This document shows, piece by piece, positions 31,467 through 41,705 of a stretch of 64,000 bases of DNA (positions are counted from its first letter, which is position 1; each line of letters starts with the position of its first letter). The notes below the pieces were generated by a model, which was given only the letters and a program-made list of their open reading frames with translations, did no database searches and was not told where the DNA came from. The DNA is from an uncultured delta proteobacterium (lineage in GTDB: Bacteria; Myxococcota_A; Polyangia; Polyangiales; B10-G4). The stretch lies in contig CAVSGI010000013.1 of the NCBI GenBank assembly GCA_963727445.1, positions 273,316 through 337,315 of the forward strand, read 5' to 3'. A program made the translations under genes and the position numbers.

Positions 31467-31979
31467 ACGGTACTTCTTCTTGGGCCCCACCAGGGTGCGC
31501 AGCCACGCGCGCGTCACGACCTCGGAGGCGTCGTTCAAAAGCTCGACCTCGATGCGGTACTCGTGCTCCTCGGAGCTGTCGATCACCGGGCAGGTGCAGA
31601 CGCCGGTGATCGTCCCCCGCGCCTTCTTCACGTACTCGAGCTCCATGCCTGCAACGATGAAGCGCGCATCGTCCGGGAGGGTGTAGGCGACGGCGATGTT
31701 GCCGGTTACCTCGGCGAGGTTGGCCAACGCGATCGCGTGAACGCAGCGGAGGTGATTCCGAACCGCCCGCCTGTCGCGCATGGTGACGCGGGAGCGACCC
31801 CGCGCGAGCTCCTCGACGCGCGCACCGATGGTGGCGGTGTAGGGGGCGCCCTGACCGATGGCGCGGCTGAAGAGACGCTTGCCACCGGGCACCTTGGAGA
31901 GGCGGTCCCAGAGCTCTCGGATCACGTTCTTGTCGGCTTCGGCGAGGTCGGGAAGGAGGCGGGCGGCCATGGCGGTCAT
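31464..31979 (-). CDS. Hotdog-fold thioesterase-like protein (DUF4442/PaaI-like).
   Basis: 171-aa ORF. 'GNIAVAYTLPDDARFIVAGMELEYVKKARGTITGVCTC' resembles thioesterase hotdog cores. Confidence 0.5.
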   Translation of the reverse strand: MTAMAARLLPDLAEADKNVIRELWDRLSKVPGGKRLFSRAIGQGAPYTATIGARVEELARGRSRVTMRDRRAVRNHLRCVHAIALANLAEVTGNIAVAYTLPDDARFIVAGMELEYVKKARGTITGVCTCPVIDSSEEHEYRIEVELLNDASEVVTRAWLRTLVGPKKKYR

Positions 31980-32006
31980 GCGAGGCTCAATAGTGCTGAG
32001 AGCGGC

Positions 32007-35000
32007 TCAGAACAAGCCGATCGAGAAGTGGAAAGTGCCGACCGGCTCCTGGAGCTGCTGGCGGCGCAGGAGGATCAGGCCGTAGTCGAGGGCGAGGGGA
32101 CCGACCGGGGTCTTGACCCGGAGCCCGACGCCCGCGGTGGGGCGCAGGGCGAAGAGGTCGAAGAACTGGGGGTCGGACCAGAGGTTGCCGAGGTCGGTGA
32201 AGATGCCGCCGTAGATCGGGCCGAAGATGGGGAAGCGCAGCTCGCCCCGAAAGAGGATGAAGGTGTCGCCGGCGCGGACGACGTCGGTGCTCCTGAGGTT
32301 GTCGGGGTCGGCGGCGATGGCGTCGGCCTTGTCCTGCGGGATCATCGCGTCCTGGTAGTAGCCGCGCATGGTCTCGACGCCGCCGAGGTAGTAGCTGCGG
32401 TTCGGGTAGGTGCGCGAGGTGTTCGTCAGGTGGAAGACGCGGCCGTACCGCGCCGAGATCGCGAAGACCACGTTGCCGAAGAGCGGGATGTAGCCGCGGG
32501 TGTTGAAGGTGAGCTTGATGAAGTTGCTCTCGAAGGGTTGCATCATCGGGCCCTGCGGCTGGGAGGCGAGGGTCACGGCGTACTCGCCGGTGACGGATCC
32601 GAAGAACCCGGCGCTCGGATCGAGGGGGTTGTCGCGGAGGTCGACCGCGAGAGTGAGGGGGAAGGCGAGGATGGTGGACTCGCCATCGGGCACGCGAAGG
32701 AGGCGGACCAGGCGCTGATTCACCATGCCCGACGCCATCATCATCATCAGATAGTCTTCGAGGTTCTGATTGTCGGTGAAGAGCTGGACGTTCGAGTTCT
32801 CGAGGTTCGCCGCGCCGGAGATCGACAGCTCCCGGAACGCGTGCCAGCTCGCGGTCAGGCTGACGCCGTTGTCGTCGATGCCGAAGTCGAACTCGTTGTT
32901 GCGGCGGTGATAGACGTTGAGCCCGAGGCGCACGTTCTCGAGGCCGGGGATGTGGGGCACCGAGAAGCCCACCGCGACGTTGCGCTCGATGCGGTCCTGC
33001 AGGCTGAGCCGCTCGTAGCGTTGCTGCAGGATGGGGTTCACGAAGATGAACTGGAAGCCAAGCTGCACGCCGACGGTGGTGGTGACGCCGTAGCCGAAGA
33101 GGTTGCGGTAGCCGTACTCGAAGCCGCCGCGCAGACCCTGGCCGGTGGAAAAGCCCAGGGTGAAGTCGAGGTACTGGGGCTTGCGCTCGGCGACGGTGAC
33201 CACCACGTCCTTGACCCGCGCCGGCAGGTCGGGCTCCGAAACGCCGATGTTCACCCCGGAAAAGACGCCGATCTCCAGGAGCCGCTCCTGGCTCTCGCGG
33301 GCGAGAGAGGGCCGGTAGAGCTCGTCGGGCACGAGGACCATGCGATCACGGATCAGCGTCTCGCTGGTGTTCGCCGCGCCCCGGATGATCACCCGCCCGA
33401 CGCGCACCTCGTAGGCCTCGACCACGGTGATGGAGACCTCGGCGCGGGTGCGATCCTCGGAGTAGAGGATGGTCGGCTCGACGCGGACGAAGAGGAAGCC
33501 GTGCTCCTGATAGAGGTCCACGATGCGCAGGCGCGCCTCCTCGAGCGCCAGCGGTGAGAAGGGCTGACCGCGGGTGAGCTCGGCCGCGACGAGGATCTCC
33601 CGCATGGTGAGCGCTTCGTTCCCTTCGACGCTCACCTCTTGCAGCATCGTCTGCGGGCCTTCGCTCACCGGGATCTCGACGCGGGCGGTGCCGTTGTCGC
33701 CGCGCGTCATCTCTATCGGTCCCAGGGAGACGGAGAGGTATCCGTCGAGGGAGTAGAGCTCGTTCAACGACTCGAGCCCGGCCTCGTAGGTGGGCTCGTA
33801 GAAGACGGTGTGGGGATTGGAGTCGAGCGGCGCCGACGTCTGGCGTCTTCGCGGCTGGCTGTAGCGAAAGGTCGAGTCGACGATGGATGTGTCGACGGGC
33901 TCGATGGGCTCGGCCCGGGGCAGATCGTCGTCCAGGTAGCCCTGGAGCTCCGAGCGCAGCCGCTCCTCGTCGAAGTGATGCGCCCCGGGAAAGGAGAGCT
34001 CGACGACGCGCAGGGGCTCGCCCGGCTCCGCCACGATGTCGAGGTAAGCGGAGCCCGGTTCGGGGCCGGCGACACGCCTCACGGTGGCGCTGGCATCGTA
34101 GAAGCCGTGTCGCTGGTAGACGTCCACCACACGCTCCCGGATGCCCTCGACCAAGGCGTCGGTGAGCGGCTCCTCGCCCAGCTCGAGCACCGCCTCCAGC
34201 TCGCTGCGCTCGATCGGCGCGATGTGGCGGTAACGCACCTGGTAGCGGGGCCCGGGGCGCGAGGGGATGGAGACGATGACGCCGCCCCCGACCGCGCGCG
34301 CCACGATCGCGGGGCCCAGCTCCGCCTCGAGCCAGCCTCGCGCCCGCATCTCGAGCTCGGTCTCGCGGATCGACTCGGCGATGGCGTCGCGATCCAGGAT
34401 GTCGCCCACGTCGAAGTCCAGACCGCTGGCGGCGCCGCTCGCGGGCGGCGGCGACTCGCCCTGGAACTGCACGCGCGCGATGCGCGTGGGCGCGCCCTCG
34501 TGAACGACGATGCGCATCACCTTGCGGCTGGGGTCGTCGGTGTCGCGAACGATCACCTCGATCCGCGTGTCCTCGTAGCCGATCTTCGCGTAGGCCTCGG
34601 AAGCGGCGGTGACGGCTTCGTCGATGGTGTCCTCGAGGAGCTCGCTGCCCGAGCTGATCGCCACCGTACGGAGCAGGTCGGCGTCGGAGATCTCGTCGTT
34701 GCCTCGCACCTCGACCCGCGAAAGGATCACCACCGGTACCAGGTGCGCGACGACCTTCACGCCGCCCTGCACCCCGACCAGATCGAGCTGGACGTCGCGC
34801 CACCGGCCGCTGTTCGCGAGGCGACGGATCGTGCTGCGCAGGAGGCGCCGGCTCAGGGGCACACCGAGGGGGATGCCGACGTCGCGCGGCGAGGTGATCC
34901 CCGCGGTCTCACCCGCGATCTCCACGTCGACCACCCGCCTGTCTCGGAGCTCGACCGGTACCTGTGCGCGTGCGCCGCTCGTCGTCAGAAAGACGAAGGC

Positions 35001-35042
35001 GAGGACAATCGCGCGGCATATCACTCGAATTCCAGGCGCCAA
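32007..35042 (-). CDS. tamA: Omp85-family outer-membrane protein assembly/translocation factor (TamA/BamA-like, multiple POTRA domains plus beta-barrel).
   Basis: 1011 aa, signal peptide, POTRA-like repeats. C-terminal barrel ends '...FHFSIGLF'. 22-nt overlap with upstream tamB. Confidence 0.75.
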   Translation of the reverse strand: MAPGIRVICRAIVLAFVFLTTSGARAQVPVELRDRRVVDVEIAGETAGITSPRDVGIPLGVPLSRRLLRSTIRRLANSGRWRDVQLDLVGVQGGVKVVAHLVPVVILSRVEVRGNDEISDADLLRTVAISSGSELLEDTIDEAVTAASEAYAKIGYEDTRIEVIVRDTDDPSRKVMRIVVHEGAPTRIARVQFQGESPPPASGAASGLDFDVGDILDRDAIAESIRETELEMRARGWLEAELGPAIVARAVGGGVIVSIPSRPGPRYQVRYRHIAPIERSELEAVLELGEEPLTDALVEGIRERVVDVYQRHGFYDASATVRRVAGPEPGSAYLDIVAEPGEPLRVVELSFPGAHHFDEERLRSELQGYLDDDLPRAEPIEPVDTSIVDSTFRYSQPRRRQTSAPLDSNPHTVFYEPTYEAGLESLNELYSLDGYLSVSLGPIEMTRGDNGTARVEIPVSEGPQTMLQEVSVEGNEALTMREILVAAELTRGQPFSPLALEEARLRIVDLYQEHGFLFVRVEPTILYSEDRTRAEVSITVVEAYEVRVGRVIIRGAANTSETLIRDRMVLVPDELYRPSLARESQERLLEIGVFSGVNIGVSEPDLPARVKDVVVTVAERKPQYLDFTLGFSTGQGLRGGFEYGYRNLFGYGVTTTVGVQLGFQFIFVNPILQQRYERLSLQDRIERNVAVGFSVPHIPGLENVRLGLNVYHRRNNEFDFGIDDNGVSLTASWHAFRELSISGAANLENSNVQLFTDNQNLEDYLMMMMASGMVNQRLVRLLRVPDGESTILAFPLTLAVDLRDNPLDPSAGFFGSVTGEYAVTLASQPQGPMMQPFESNFIKLTFNTRGYIPLFGNVVFAISARYGRVFHLTNTSRTYPNRSYYLGGVETMRGYYQDAMIPQDKADAIAADPDNLRSTDVVRAGDTFILFRGELRFPIFGPIYGGIFTDLGNLWSDPQFFDLFALRPTAGVGLRVKTPVGPLALDYGLILLRRQQLQEPVGTFHFSIGLF

Positions 35043-38000
35043 TGGAGATCGACGCCCACGTTACCCAAACTCGAGGCCGTCGTGGTGTTGTAGTTGTCGT
35101 AGACGGCCTGAACGCTGGTCTGTTCGCCGAGGCGCCACTCCACGCTGGCGCGCACCTCGCTCGACGCGCTGATGCCGGTCGAGGCGGTGAGGCGCACTCG
35201 GTCGCTGATGCGCTTGCCCACCGTGACCTGGGGCTCGGTGCGGTTCGTGCGCCGGCTGTAGCGCGACGAGACCGAGAAGTCGTCGATCACCGGCAGCGCC
35301 CGCTGGACCTCCCGGTCGATGCCGGTGACGGCGGCCAGCGCCTCCACGGCCAGCGTGCTCCCGACGTCGCCCGCCTGGAGCTGCTCGAGCTCGGCGCTGG
35401 TCATGCCAATGGTGAGGAGCAGGACGATGTCCTCCTGGCTCAGCTCGGGATCGGAGTGGGTGTCGAGCTGGAAGTTGTCGCTGTTGCCGGTGGCGTCGAG
35501 GGTGATCCGCCAGTTGGGAGCCGACAGGTTGCTGGCGCGGCGCACGTCGGCCACGGCGGTCACCGCGAAGTTGGGATCGACCCGGTAGGGATCGTCGAAC
35601 TCGATGGTGCCCCGGCGGACGTCGAACTCCTTGTTGCGGAAGTAGATGACGCCGCGCGGAATGTCGAGGTTGCCGATGGCGCCGAAGCGCTGGTCGGTGC
35701 CGACGATGCGGAAGGGACGCTCCGAGTCCTCGATGCGCACCTCGGCGTCGATCAGGTTGTTCTGGACGCGCATCGGCGTCGCCTCGACCAGGCGCACGTC
35801 GAGCTCGAGATGATCCTCGTCGGGATCGTACTGCTCGATGTTGGTCCGCCCGGGTCGGCCACTCATGCCTTCGCGCGCCGCCGCACCGACCATGGCCGCG
35901 ATCTGGATCGGCTTCTCGTAGGAGACGCGCTCCAGGCGCACCGTGCCCGTGAGCCGGGGAAGCCGCTGCCCCGACGTCCACCCGAGGTGAGCGAGCCCGC
36001 CGAAGGTCACGTCGACGTCGCGGTCGGGGTGCAGGGTGACCTCGCGCGCCTCGACGTCGAAGTCGTAGCGATCGAGGCCGCGACCCTCGAGGGTGGCCGC
36101 GCCGCTGAGCGCGAGGTGGCCACCCGCCATCTCCGCGTTGAAGCCTTCGAAGAGGATCCGCCGGGCGCTGAAGGTGATCTCGCCATCGAGGTCCGTGAGG
36201 GGGTCGCTCATCCCGGCGTAGCGGAAGCTGCCGTCGCGGACGGTGGCGCGCCCGTAGATGCCCGGCGCCTCGAAGGGCCCCGTGACGTTGACCTGAGCGG
36301 CGATGGTCCCGCCCGCCTGGGTGAGGTTGGGGGAGAGGCTCGCGAGGAAGGACAGGTCGAGGTCACCCGCCACCTCGAGGGCGAGGCCGCGTTCGTTGCT
36401 GCCGCCGCCGGTGATGCGAACCGTGGAGGAGGGGCCCGCGAGGCGCGCGCGGTCCACCGTGAAATCGCCCCGATGGAGGCTGACCTCGAGCGGTCCCTCG
36501 TTGCGCAGGCGAACGTCGCCCTGGCCGACGTCGAGCTCACGCACCACGAGCGCCCCGGATAGGCTGTCGTGATCGATCATCGAGCCGCCGGTCAGGGCCA
36601 GCTTCGCGCTGAGGCGCCCGCTGAGTGGATCGTTGCGATCGACCTCTTCGAGGAACGGGTCGAGGGAGAAGCCCGCGAGCTCCACCTCGCCCCGGAGCGG
36701 GAAGGTCATCGTCTTGCCCATCGCCATGTCGACGTGGACCGCGCCGCCCAGACCGTCGCCACAGACGAGGAAAGCGGTGGGCCGCTGAACACGCTGCACC
36801 GGCCCCTCGGGTGTGTCGAAAGGTGGGTCTGCGCGCCAGCGCCCGCGGTAGAGGCCGTTGCGCGCCGCGGCGCAGGGCTCGTCGGGAAGCGCGTCCGGAT
36901 TCCAATCCGCGGCGGCCGTGACCCAGGGGTCCTGGTTGTCCGTGAGTCGCACGTAGAGCCGCGCGTCGCCGAGCATCGACGTCTGCCAGCTGAGCCCCGT
37001 CATCACGACGTCCATGTCCATGCGCGGCAGATCGGTCGTTCCACTGATCTCGCCGAAGACGCTGTAGAACCCTCCGAGGTCGGGGAAGCGGTCGCCGAGG
37101 CCCTCGGTGTCGCGGACCGAGATGCGATCCGCCGACGCCGTCATCGCGAGCGCGCCGTTCAGACCCATCCGGCCGTCGATGGTCACCACGCCTCCGCCCT
37201 TGCGCAGGTGGAAGTGCTCGATGTCCAGCTCGCCCCCTGCCATCCCGCGGCCCGGCTCGAGCCAGTTGAAGTCGGCGCGAAGCTGGCCGTCGGCGAACTG
37301 GTAGTCGCCGATCGACATCTCGATGACGTCGAGATCCATGTTCGCGGTCATCGTTCCGCGCTCGGAGTCGCCGGGATAGCCGAGGGTGTAGTGCAGGAGC
37401 ACGTCGCCGGTGACCAGCCCCTGGTAGTCGGTGAAGCGCTCGTCCTCGTCCCAGTGGAAGACGTCGAAGAAGTCGGCGAGGGTGAGGCGGGCGGCGTTCA
37501 TCCGCGCGTCGACCGCGAAGCCGCCGTTCCGAAAGTCGAGGAAGAGGTCCTCGACGCGGTACTGGCTGTCGTTCTTCTCGGCCTCGAGGACCGGGAAGCG
37601 CACCGCCATCGAGTCCTCTTCGAGATGGAACGTGGTGCTCACGTCGCCGAGGGGATAGGTGTTGAAGGCGAAGCCCTCGATGGACACCTCACCGCCGACA
37701 TCGGGCTCGGAGAACTCGCCGTCCACCTCTACGTTGATGTGCGCCGTGCCCGCCATGGGGATGTCGATCAGGGGCGACGCATCGGCGAGGTTCAGGTTCG
37801 AGCTCTGCACGCTCACCCGAAGCCGATTGTCGAAGCCGAGGAGGACGTCGCCGGTGAGCCGAGACGAAGGCGTGTCCGCGATGATGCGGTTGAAGTAGAG
37901 CCCCTCGGGCCGGATGCGGGTGGTGGTGCGGATGTTCGCGCGGGTCACGCCGATGATCCGTTGCTGTGGCTCGACGTGATAGGCGTCCTCCGTGACGAGG

Positions 38001-39253
38001 AAGTCGGTGGTCTCGAAGCTGGTGGGCCCGCTGATGTTGAGCGGGTCGAGGGTGCCGGCGAGCTGGGTGCGCCCGTCGAAGCTCCACTGGACGATGGTGT
38101 TCGGGGTGACGCCGAGCTGATCCATCAGATGCGAAAAGGACAGGTCCTCGATCGAGGCGTTGATCTCGATGGGGTAGCCCTCGCCGAAACCGACGGTCGC
38201 CGTGAGCCCCACCAGGCCGCCGTCGTCGATGATCTGCGCCGAGCCCTCGGTCACCCGGAGCTCGTCCGGGCTGAGCTCGAAGGCCAGGTCGAGATCGCCG
38301 GTGCCGAACTGTTTGATCACCGCCCGCTCGACCTGGATGGTGCCCTCGCCCGTCGGACCCTCGGCCGAGCCCTCGAACTCGCCCTCGACGGTCACCCGCC
38401 CTTCGAGGGGCGGCAGCTCCCAGCCGTGCGGCAGGTCGTCGATGTGCCCGAGGTTGAGCGACACGCGACCTTCGCCGCGCCACGACTCCTCGTCGAAGGG
38501 GATGGGGATCCAGCCGTCTTCTGCTTCGATGGAGAGGTCGGCGGTGCGGAAGACGATGCGGTCGACCTCGGCCCCGCGATCGGGATCGACGAAGCCGTGG
38601 ACCTCGAAGGCCTGCAGAACCTCGGAGCCGCGGAGGTGATCCCAACGCCCGCCATGCACCGTGAGATTGAGATTGAGCTTGCGCCCGTCGTCGACGTCGA
38701 GACCGATGTTCACGCCGTCGAGATACGCGCTGCCGAAGGTGTCGGCGTCGAGGGTGAGCGTCGCGCCGCGCACCTCGAGGCGGGAGAAGGGAAGCTCGTC
38801 GGCTCCGCTCGAGCCGCCGCGACGCACGCGCGGCAGGTTGCGGATTTCTCCTTCGCGCAAGACCAGGTTCAGGACCGGTCCGTCGACCTCGATGGTGTTG
38901 AGGTCGACCTTGCCCTGCATGAGCGCCCAGAGCGACGGGCGGATGGTGAGCGCATCCGCGGTGGCGAAGCGTCCGTAGACGGGATCATCGAGGACGATTC
39001 CCTGAGCCCGCACCCGGGGGGACGGGAACATCGCCACCTCGACGTAGGCGAGCTGCGCCGTGAGACCGAGCTCGTTGCGAATGGCGTCGATGGCGCCGTC
39101 CTTCATGCGCTCGCGCCCCCACTCGGTGTTCACCATCACGAAGACGGAGCACAGCGGTGCCCCCAGCACGAGAATCGTGAGGAATAACAGCCGCCTCGGC
39201 CACTTACGTCGAAACGTCTTGCGAAGCTTCGGCGGAAGTATGGATTCGTACAC
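35021..39253 (-). CDS. tamB: Translocation and assembly module subunit TamB (AsmA-like, DUF490 C-terminus).
   Basis: 1410 aa. N-terminal membrane anchor 'RRLLFLTILVLGAPLCSVFVMV'. Long beta-rich body. C-terminus '...QEDIVLLLTIG...VQAVYDNYNTTTASSLGNVGVDLHWRLEFE'. Confidence 0.75.
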   Translation of the reverse strand: MYESILPPKLRKTFRRKWPRRLLFLTILVLGAPLCSVFVMVNTEWGRERMKDGAIDAIRNELGLTAQLAYVEVAMFPSPRVRAQGIVLDDPVYGRFATADALTIRPSLWALMQGKVDLNTIEVDGPVLNLVLREGEIRNLPRVRRGGSSGADELPFSRLEVRGATLTLDADTFGSAYLDGVNIGLDVDDGRKLNLNLTVHGGRWDHLRGSEVLQAFEVHGFVDPDRGAEVDRIVFRTADLSIEAEDGWIPIPFDEESWRGEGRVSLNLGHIDDLPHGWELPPLEGRVTVEGEFEGSAEGPTGEGTIQVERAVIKQFGTGDLDLAFELSPDELRVTEGSAQIIDDGGLVGLTATVGFGEGYPIEINASIEDLSFSHLMDQLGVTPNTIVQWSFDGRTQLAGTLDPLNISGPTSFETTDFLVTEDAYHVEPQQRIIGVTRANIRTTTRIRPEGLYFNRIIADTPSSRLTGDVLLGFDNRLRVSVQSSNLNLADASPLIDIPMAGTAHINVEVDGEFSEPDVGGEVSIEGFAFNTYPLGDVSTTFHLEEDSMAVRFPVLEAEKNDSQYRVEDLFLDFRNGGFAVDARMNAARLTLADFFDVFHWDEDERFTDYQGLVTGDVLLHYTLGYPGDSERGTMTANMDLDVIEMSIGDYQFADGQLRADFNWLEPGRGMAGGELDIEHFHLRKGGGVVTIDGRMGLNGALAMTASADRISVRDTEGLGDRFPDLGGFYSVFGEISGTTDLPRMDMDVVMTGLSWQTSMLGDARLYVRLTDNQDPWVTAAADWNPDALPDEPCAAARNGLYRGRWRADPPFDTPEGPVQRVQRPTAFLVCGDGLGGAVHVDMAMGKTMTFPLRGEVELAGFSLDPFLEEVDRNDPLSGRLSAKLALTGGSMIDHDSLSGALVVRELDVGQGDVRLRNEGPLEVSLHRGDFTVDRARLAGPSSTVRITGGGSNERGLALEVAGDLDLSFLASLSPNLTQAGGTIAAQVNVTGPFEAPGIYGRATVRDGSFRYAGMSDPLTDLDGEITFSARRILFEGFNAEMAGGHLALSGAATLEGRGLDRYDFDVEAREVTLHPDRDVDVTFGGLAHLGWTSGQRLPRLTGTVRLERVSYEKPIQIAAMVGAAAREGMSGRPGRTNIEQYDPDEDHLELDVRLVEATPMRVQNNLIDAEVRIEDSERPFRIVGTDQRFGAIGNLDIPRGVIYFRNKEFDVRRGTIEFDDPYRVDPNFAVTAVADVRRASNLSAPNWRITLDATGNSDNFQLDTHSDPELSQEDIVLLLTIGMTSAELEQLQAGDVGSTLAVEALAAVTGIDREVQRALPVIDDFSVSSRYSRRTNRTEPQVTVGKRISDRVRLTASTGISASSEVRASVEWRLGEQTSVQAVYDNYNTTTASSLGNVGVDLHWRLEFE

Positions 39254-39379
39254 TGAGATGGCAGCTCAGGGGTGCTCGGGTAGTGATGCTAAAGGTAGCA
39301 CGCCCGACCCTTTCAGGCGTGATCCCTGCAGACGCTCAGGTACGCGACAAGATTCACTTTTCGGCGTCGCCCGGCAGCG

Positions 39380-41188
39380 CTAGAGCCCCATGGGGCCGAG
39401 ATGATGGGGGATCGGCGTGTGGCTCCCCGGTGGTGGCACCTCCGAGACCACCAGCGTCTCCCCATCCCACCGACCCAGACAGGCGTGCGCGAGCCCGGGT
39501 GCATAGCGCGCACGGATCCGGGTCCAGAGGCCATCTTCGACGGCGAGGATCTCCACGTGCATGTCGCCCGCATCGAAGCGCTCGCCCACCTCCATCGGCG
39601 CCGCGCGGTAGATGCGCTCGAAGGGGTTCGGGTAGCGCGGCGCGTCGTCGTCGATCGCGAGCTCGAAGGTGCGATCGTCCATCACCTCGAGGATCTGATC
39701 GTGCGCCGCCATCGAGAGGGTGCGCGGCGGCGGCGCGCCGGGCGGCGGCGGACGGTAAAAGAGGATGGCGTCGATCAGGAACATGCTGAGGGTCGGGTCG
39801 GCGCCGGTCGCGACCAGGAGCTGGCGATCACCACAGCGCGCGATGTCGACGTTCTTCGCGATGTCGGCCTGGGCGTCGGACAACAATGCGTTGCCGGCGG
39901 CGATCCCGACGCGGAGCAGGGAACCGAGGCCGAGATGCAGGACCGCGAGCAACACGACGATGGCGCGTGCACCGCGTCCGCCGCTATCCCAGGTGCGCAC
40001 GAAGGCCACCGCGAGGACGGCGCTCGATCCGACGAGGCTGACGAGGAGCATTCGGCCACCGATCGAGCCGCCGATGACGGGGATGACACAGGCGAGGGTG
40101 GATAGCGCGAGCCATCCGAGCTTCTTGCGCGCCGAGTGATCGAGCTCGGCGCGCACGCGATAGAGGAGCGTGGCGACGGTGGCCATGATCACGACGCCGG
40201 CCGCGGCGAAGGCGATGGACGTGGCGGTGGTGATCTGACTGAGCACCGAGGGCAGACCGCCGTAGAGCTCGGTCAGCAGATCGAGGAGGCGCACGAAGCC
40301 CTTCGACACGAAGGCGCCGGCATCGTCGAAGGGCGAGAGGTAGAGCCCGCTGTGGGAGACGCCGTATCCGCTCGCGACGTAGAAGATCGTGTAGGCGGCG
40401 CCCACCAGGATGGTGGGCAGAGCCGAGAGGGCGCGGGCGCGGAGGGCTCCCTCTTTGGCGAAGGCCTCGTAGAGGACGATGAAGAGGATCCCGCAGACGG
40501 CGATCTCGCTCGAGAGCAGGCCGAGGACGAGCACGAAAGGTGCGGCCACGGCGCGCCGGAGGTCGCCGGTCTCGCGGTAGCCGAGATGAAGGGCGAGGGC
40601 GCTGACCGCGAAGGCGGCACCGATGACGGCGTGGCGCGCGGCGATCCACGAAAGGGGTATGGCGTGCGCGCCGGCGAGACAGAAGAGGAACGACGCGACG
40701 CTCGCGGGTTTCGGAGGAAGCAGGCGGCGGAAGATGGCGATGGCTGCGCCGCTCAGGAGCGCGAACCAGAGCAGGGTCTGAAGGTGCGGAACGAACGTGC
40801 TGCGACCGGCGAGCGCGTAGTCGAGCCACAGCGAGAGGCTCGACAGGGGGCGGAAGAAGCGAAGCTCGAGATCGGGATCGGTCCACCAGGGAAAGGCGCC
40901 CATGTGGAGGAAGCGTGAAACGACGGAGTGGGTCGGCGTGAAGTCGTAGAGCGCCCAGGGCGGCTCCACCAGCTCCGGGGACGAGCCTTCGAGGATGACG
41001 CGATGAACGGTGTCGTCGTGGAGGAAGCCGACGGCGAAGGTGGGGAGCACCAGGAGCATCCCGAGCAGCCACGCGACACGCGGCGCTCGGTCCGAGGCGA
41101 GGAAGCGAGCCACGAGGCGAGGATGGGGCCACTCGGACGACAGGTACAGCGCGTGAGGAGAGCTTGGCGGATGTTGACCCTCGTCCAT
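39380..41188 (-). CDS. Polytopic inner-membrane protein (10 or more TM helices), possibly a glycosyltransferase-like or DUF2079-like family.
   Basis: 602-aa ORF with many hydrophobic helices. Confidence 0.45.
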   Translation of the reverse strand: MDEGQHPPSSPHALYLSSEWPHPRLVARFLASDRAPRVAWLLGMLLVLPTFAVGFLHDDTVHRVILEGSSPELVEPPWALYDFTPTHSVVSRFLHMGAFPWWTDPDLELRFFRPLSSLSLWLDYALAGRSTFVPHLQTLLWFALLSGAAIAIFRRLLPPKPASVASFLFCLAGAHAIPLSWIAARHAVIGAAFAVSALALHLGYRETGDLRRAVAAPFVLVLGLLSSEIAVCGILFIVLYEAFAKEGALRARALSALPTILVGAAYTIFYVASGYGVSHSGLYLSPFDDAGAFVSKGFVRLLDLLTELYGGLPSVLSQITTATSIAFAAAGVVIMATVATLLYRVRAELDHSARKKLGWLALSTLACVIPVIGGSIGGRMLLVSLVGSSAVLAVAFVRTWDSGGRGARAIVVLLAVLHLGLGSLLRVGIAAGNALLSDAQADIAKNVDIARCGDRQLLVATGADPTLSMFLIDAILFYRPPPPGAPPPRTLSMAAHDQILEVMDDRTFELAIDDDAPRYPNPFERIYRAAPMEVGERFDAGDMHVEILAVEDGLWTRIRARYAPGLAHACLGRWDGETLVVSEVPPPGSHTPIPHHLGPMGL

Positions 41189-41210
41189 GCTGGCTACAGG
41201 CTCCGTCCAG

Positions 41211-41693
41211 ATGGATCCCGCGCAGATGCTGAAGGGGCGGACCCGCGAGACCGCGATCCGGCGCGACGCCGCCGGGCGGTGGTGGAATGGCGAAGACCGG
41301 ATCGATCACCCGAACCTGGTGCGGGCCTTCGACGCCTGGATCGACGTGGCCGAGGACGGGCGCTACTGCCTGAAGAACGACATCAACTGGGCCTACGTCG
41401 CGATCGAGGGCGCGCCCCTCTTCGTCCGGAGCGTCGGGATCGGCGACGGCGTGGTCACGCTTCGGCTCTCGGACGGGAGCGAGGAGCCGCTGGACCCGGC
41501 GACCCTGCGTCAGGACCGAGATGGGGTCCTGTACTGCGACGCCCGCCGCGGCCGCCTCGCCGCCCGCTTCGATCGGGAAGCCATGCAAGGGCTCGAAGCG
41601 CTGCTCGACGAGGACGCGGTCGGGGTCTTCCTCCGGATCGGCGAGGGCACGGCGCGTCCCCCGACAGTCGACGATCCGCTCGATAGAGAATAG
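41211..41693 (+). CDS. Conserved hypothetical protein (DUF1285-like).
   Basis: ORF 41187..41693, ATG at 41211. 'WWNGEDRIDHPNLVRAFDAWIDVAEDGRYCL'. Confidence 0.35.
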   Translation: MDPAQMLKGRTRETAIRRDAAGRWWNGEDRIDHPNLVRAFDAWIDVAEDGRYCLKNDINWAYVAIEGAPLFVRSVGIGDGVVTLRLSDGSEEPLDPATLRQDRDGVLYCDARRGRLAARFDREAMQGLEALLDEDAVGVFLRIGEGTARPPTVDDPLDRE

Positions 41694-41705
41694 GCTTCGC
41701 CCCTC

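Noticed and set aside
31563-33557. 664-aa plus-strand ORF, and likewise 36569..39187 (872 aa) and 33639..35093.
   Set aside because: They are antisense to the tamA and tamB genes, which have clear family signatures. The translations are Gly/Asp/Ala/Arg-rich without motifs.
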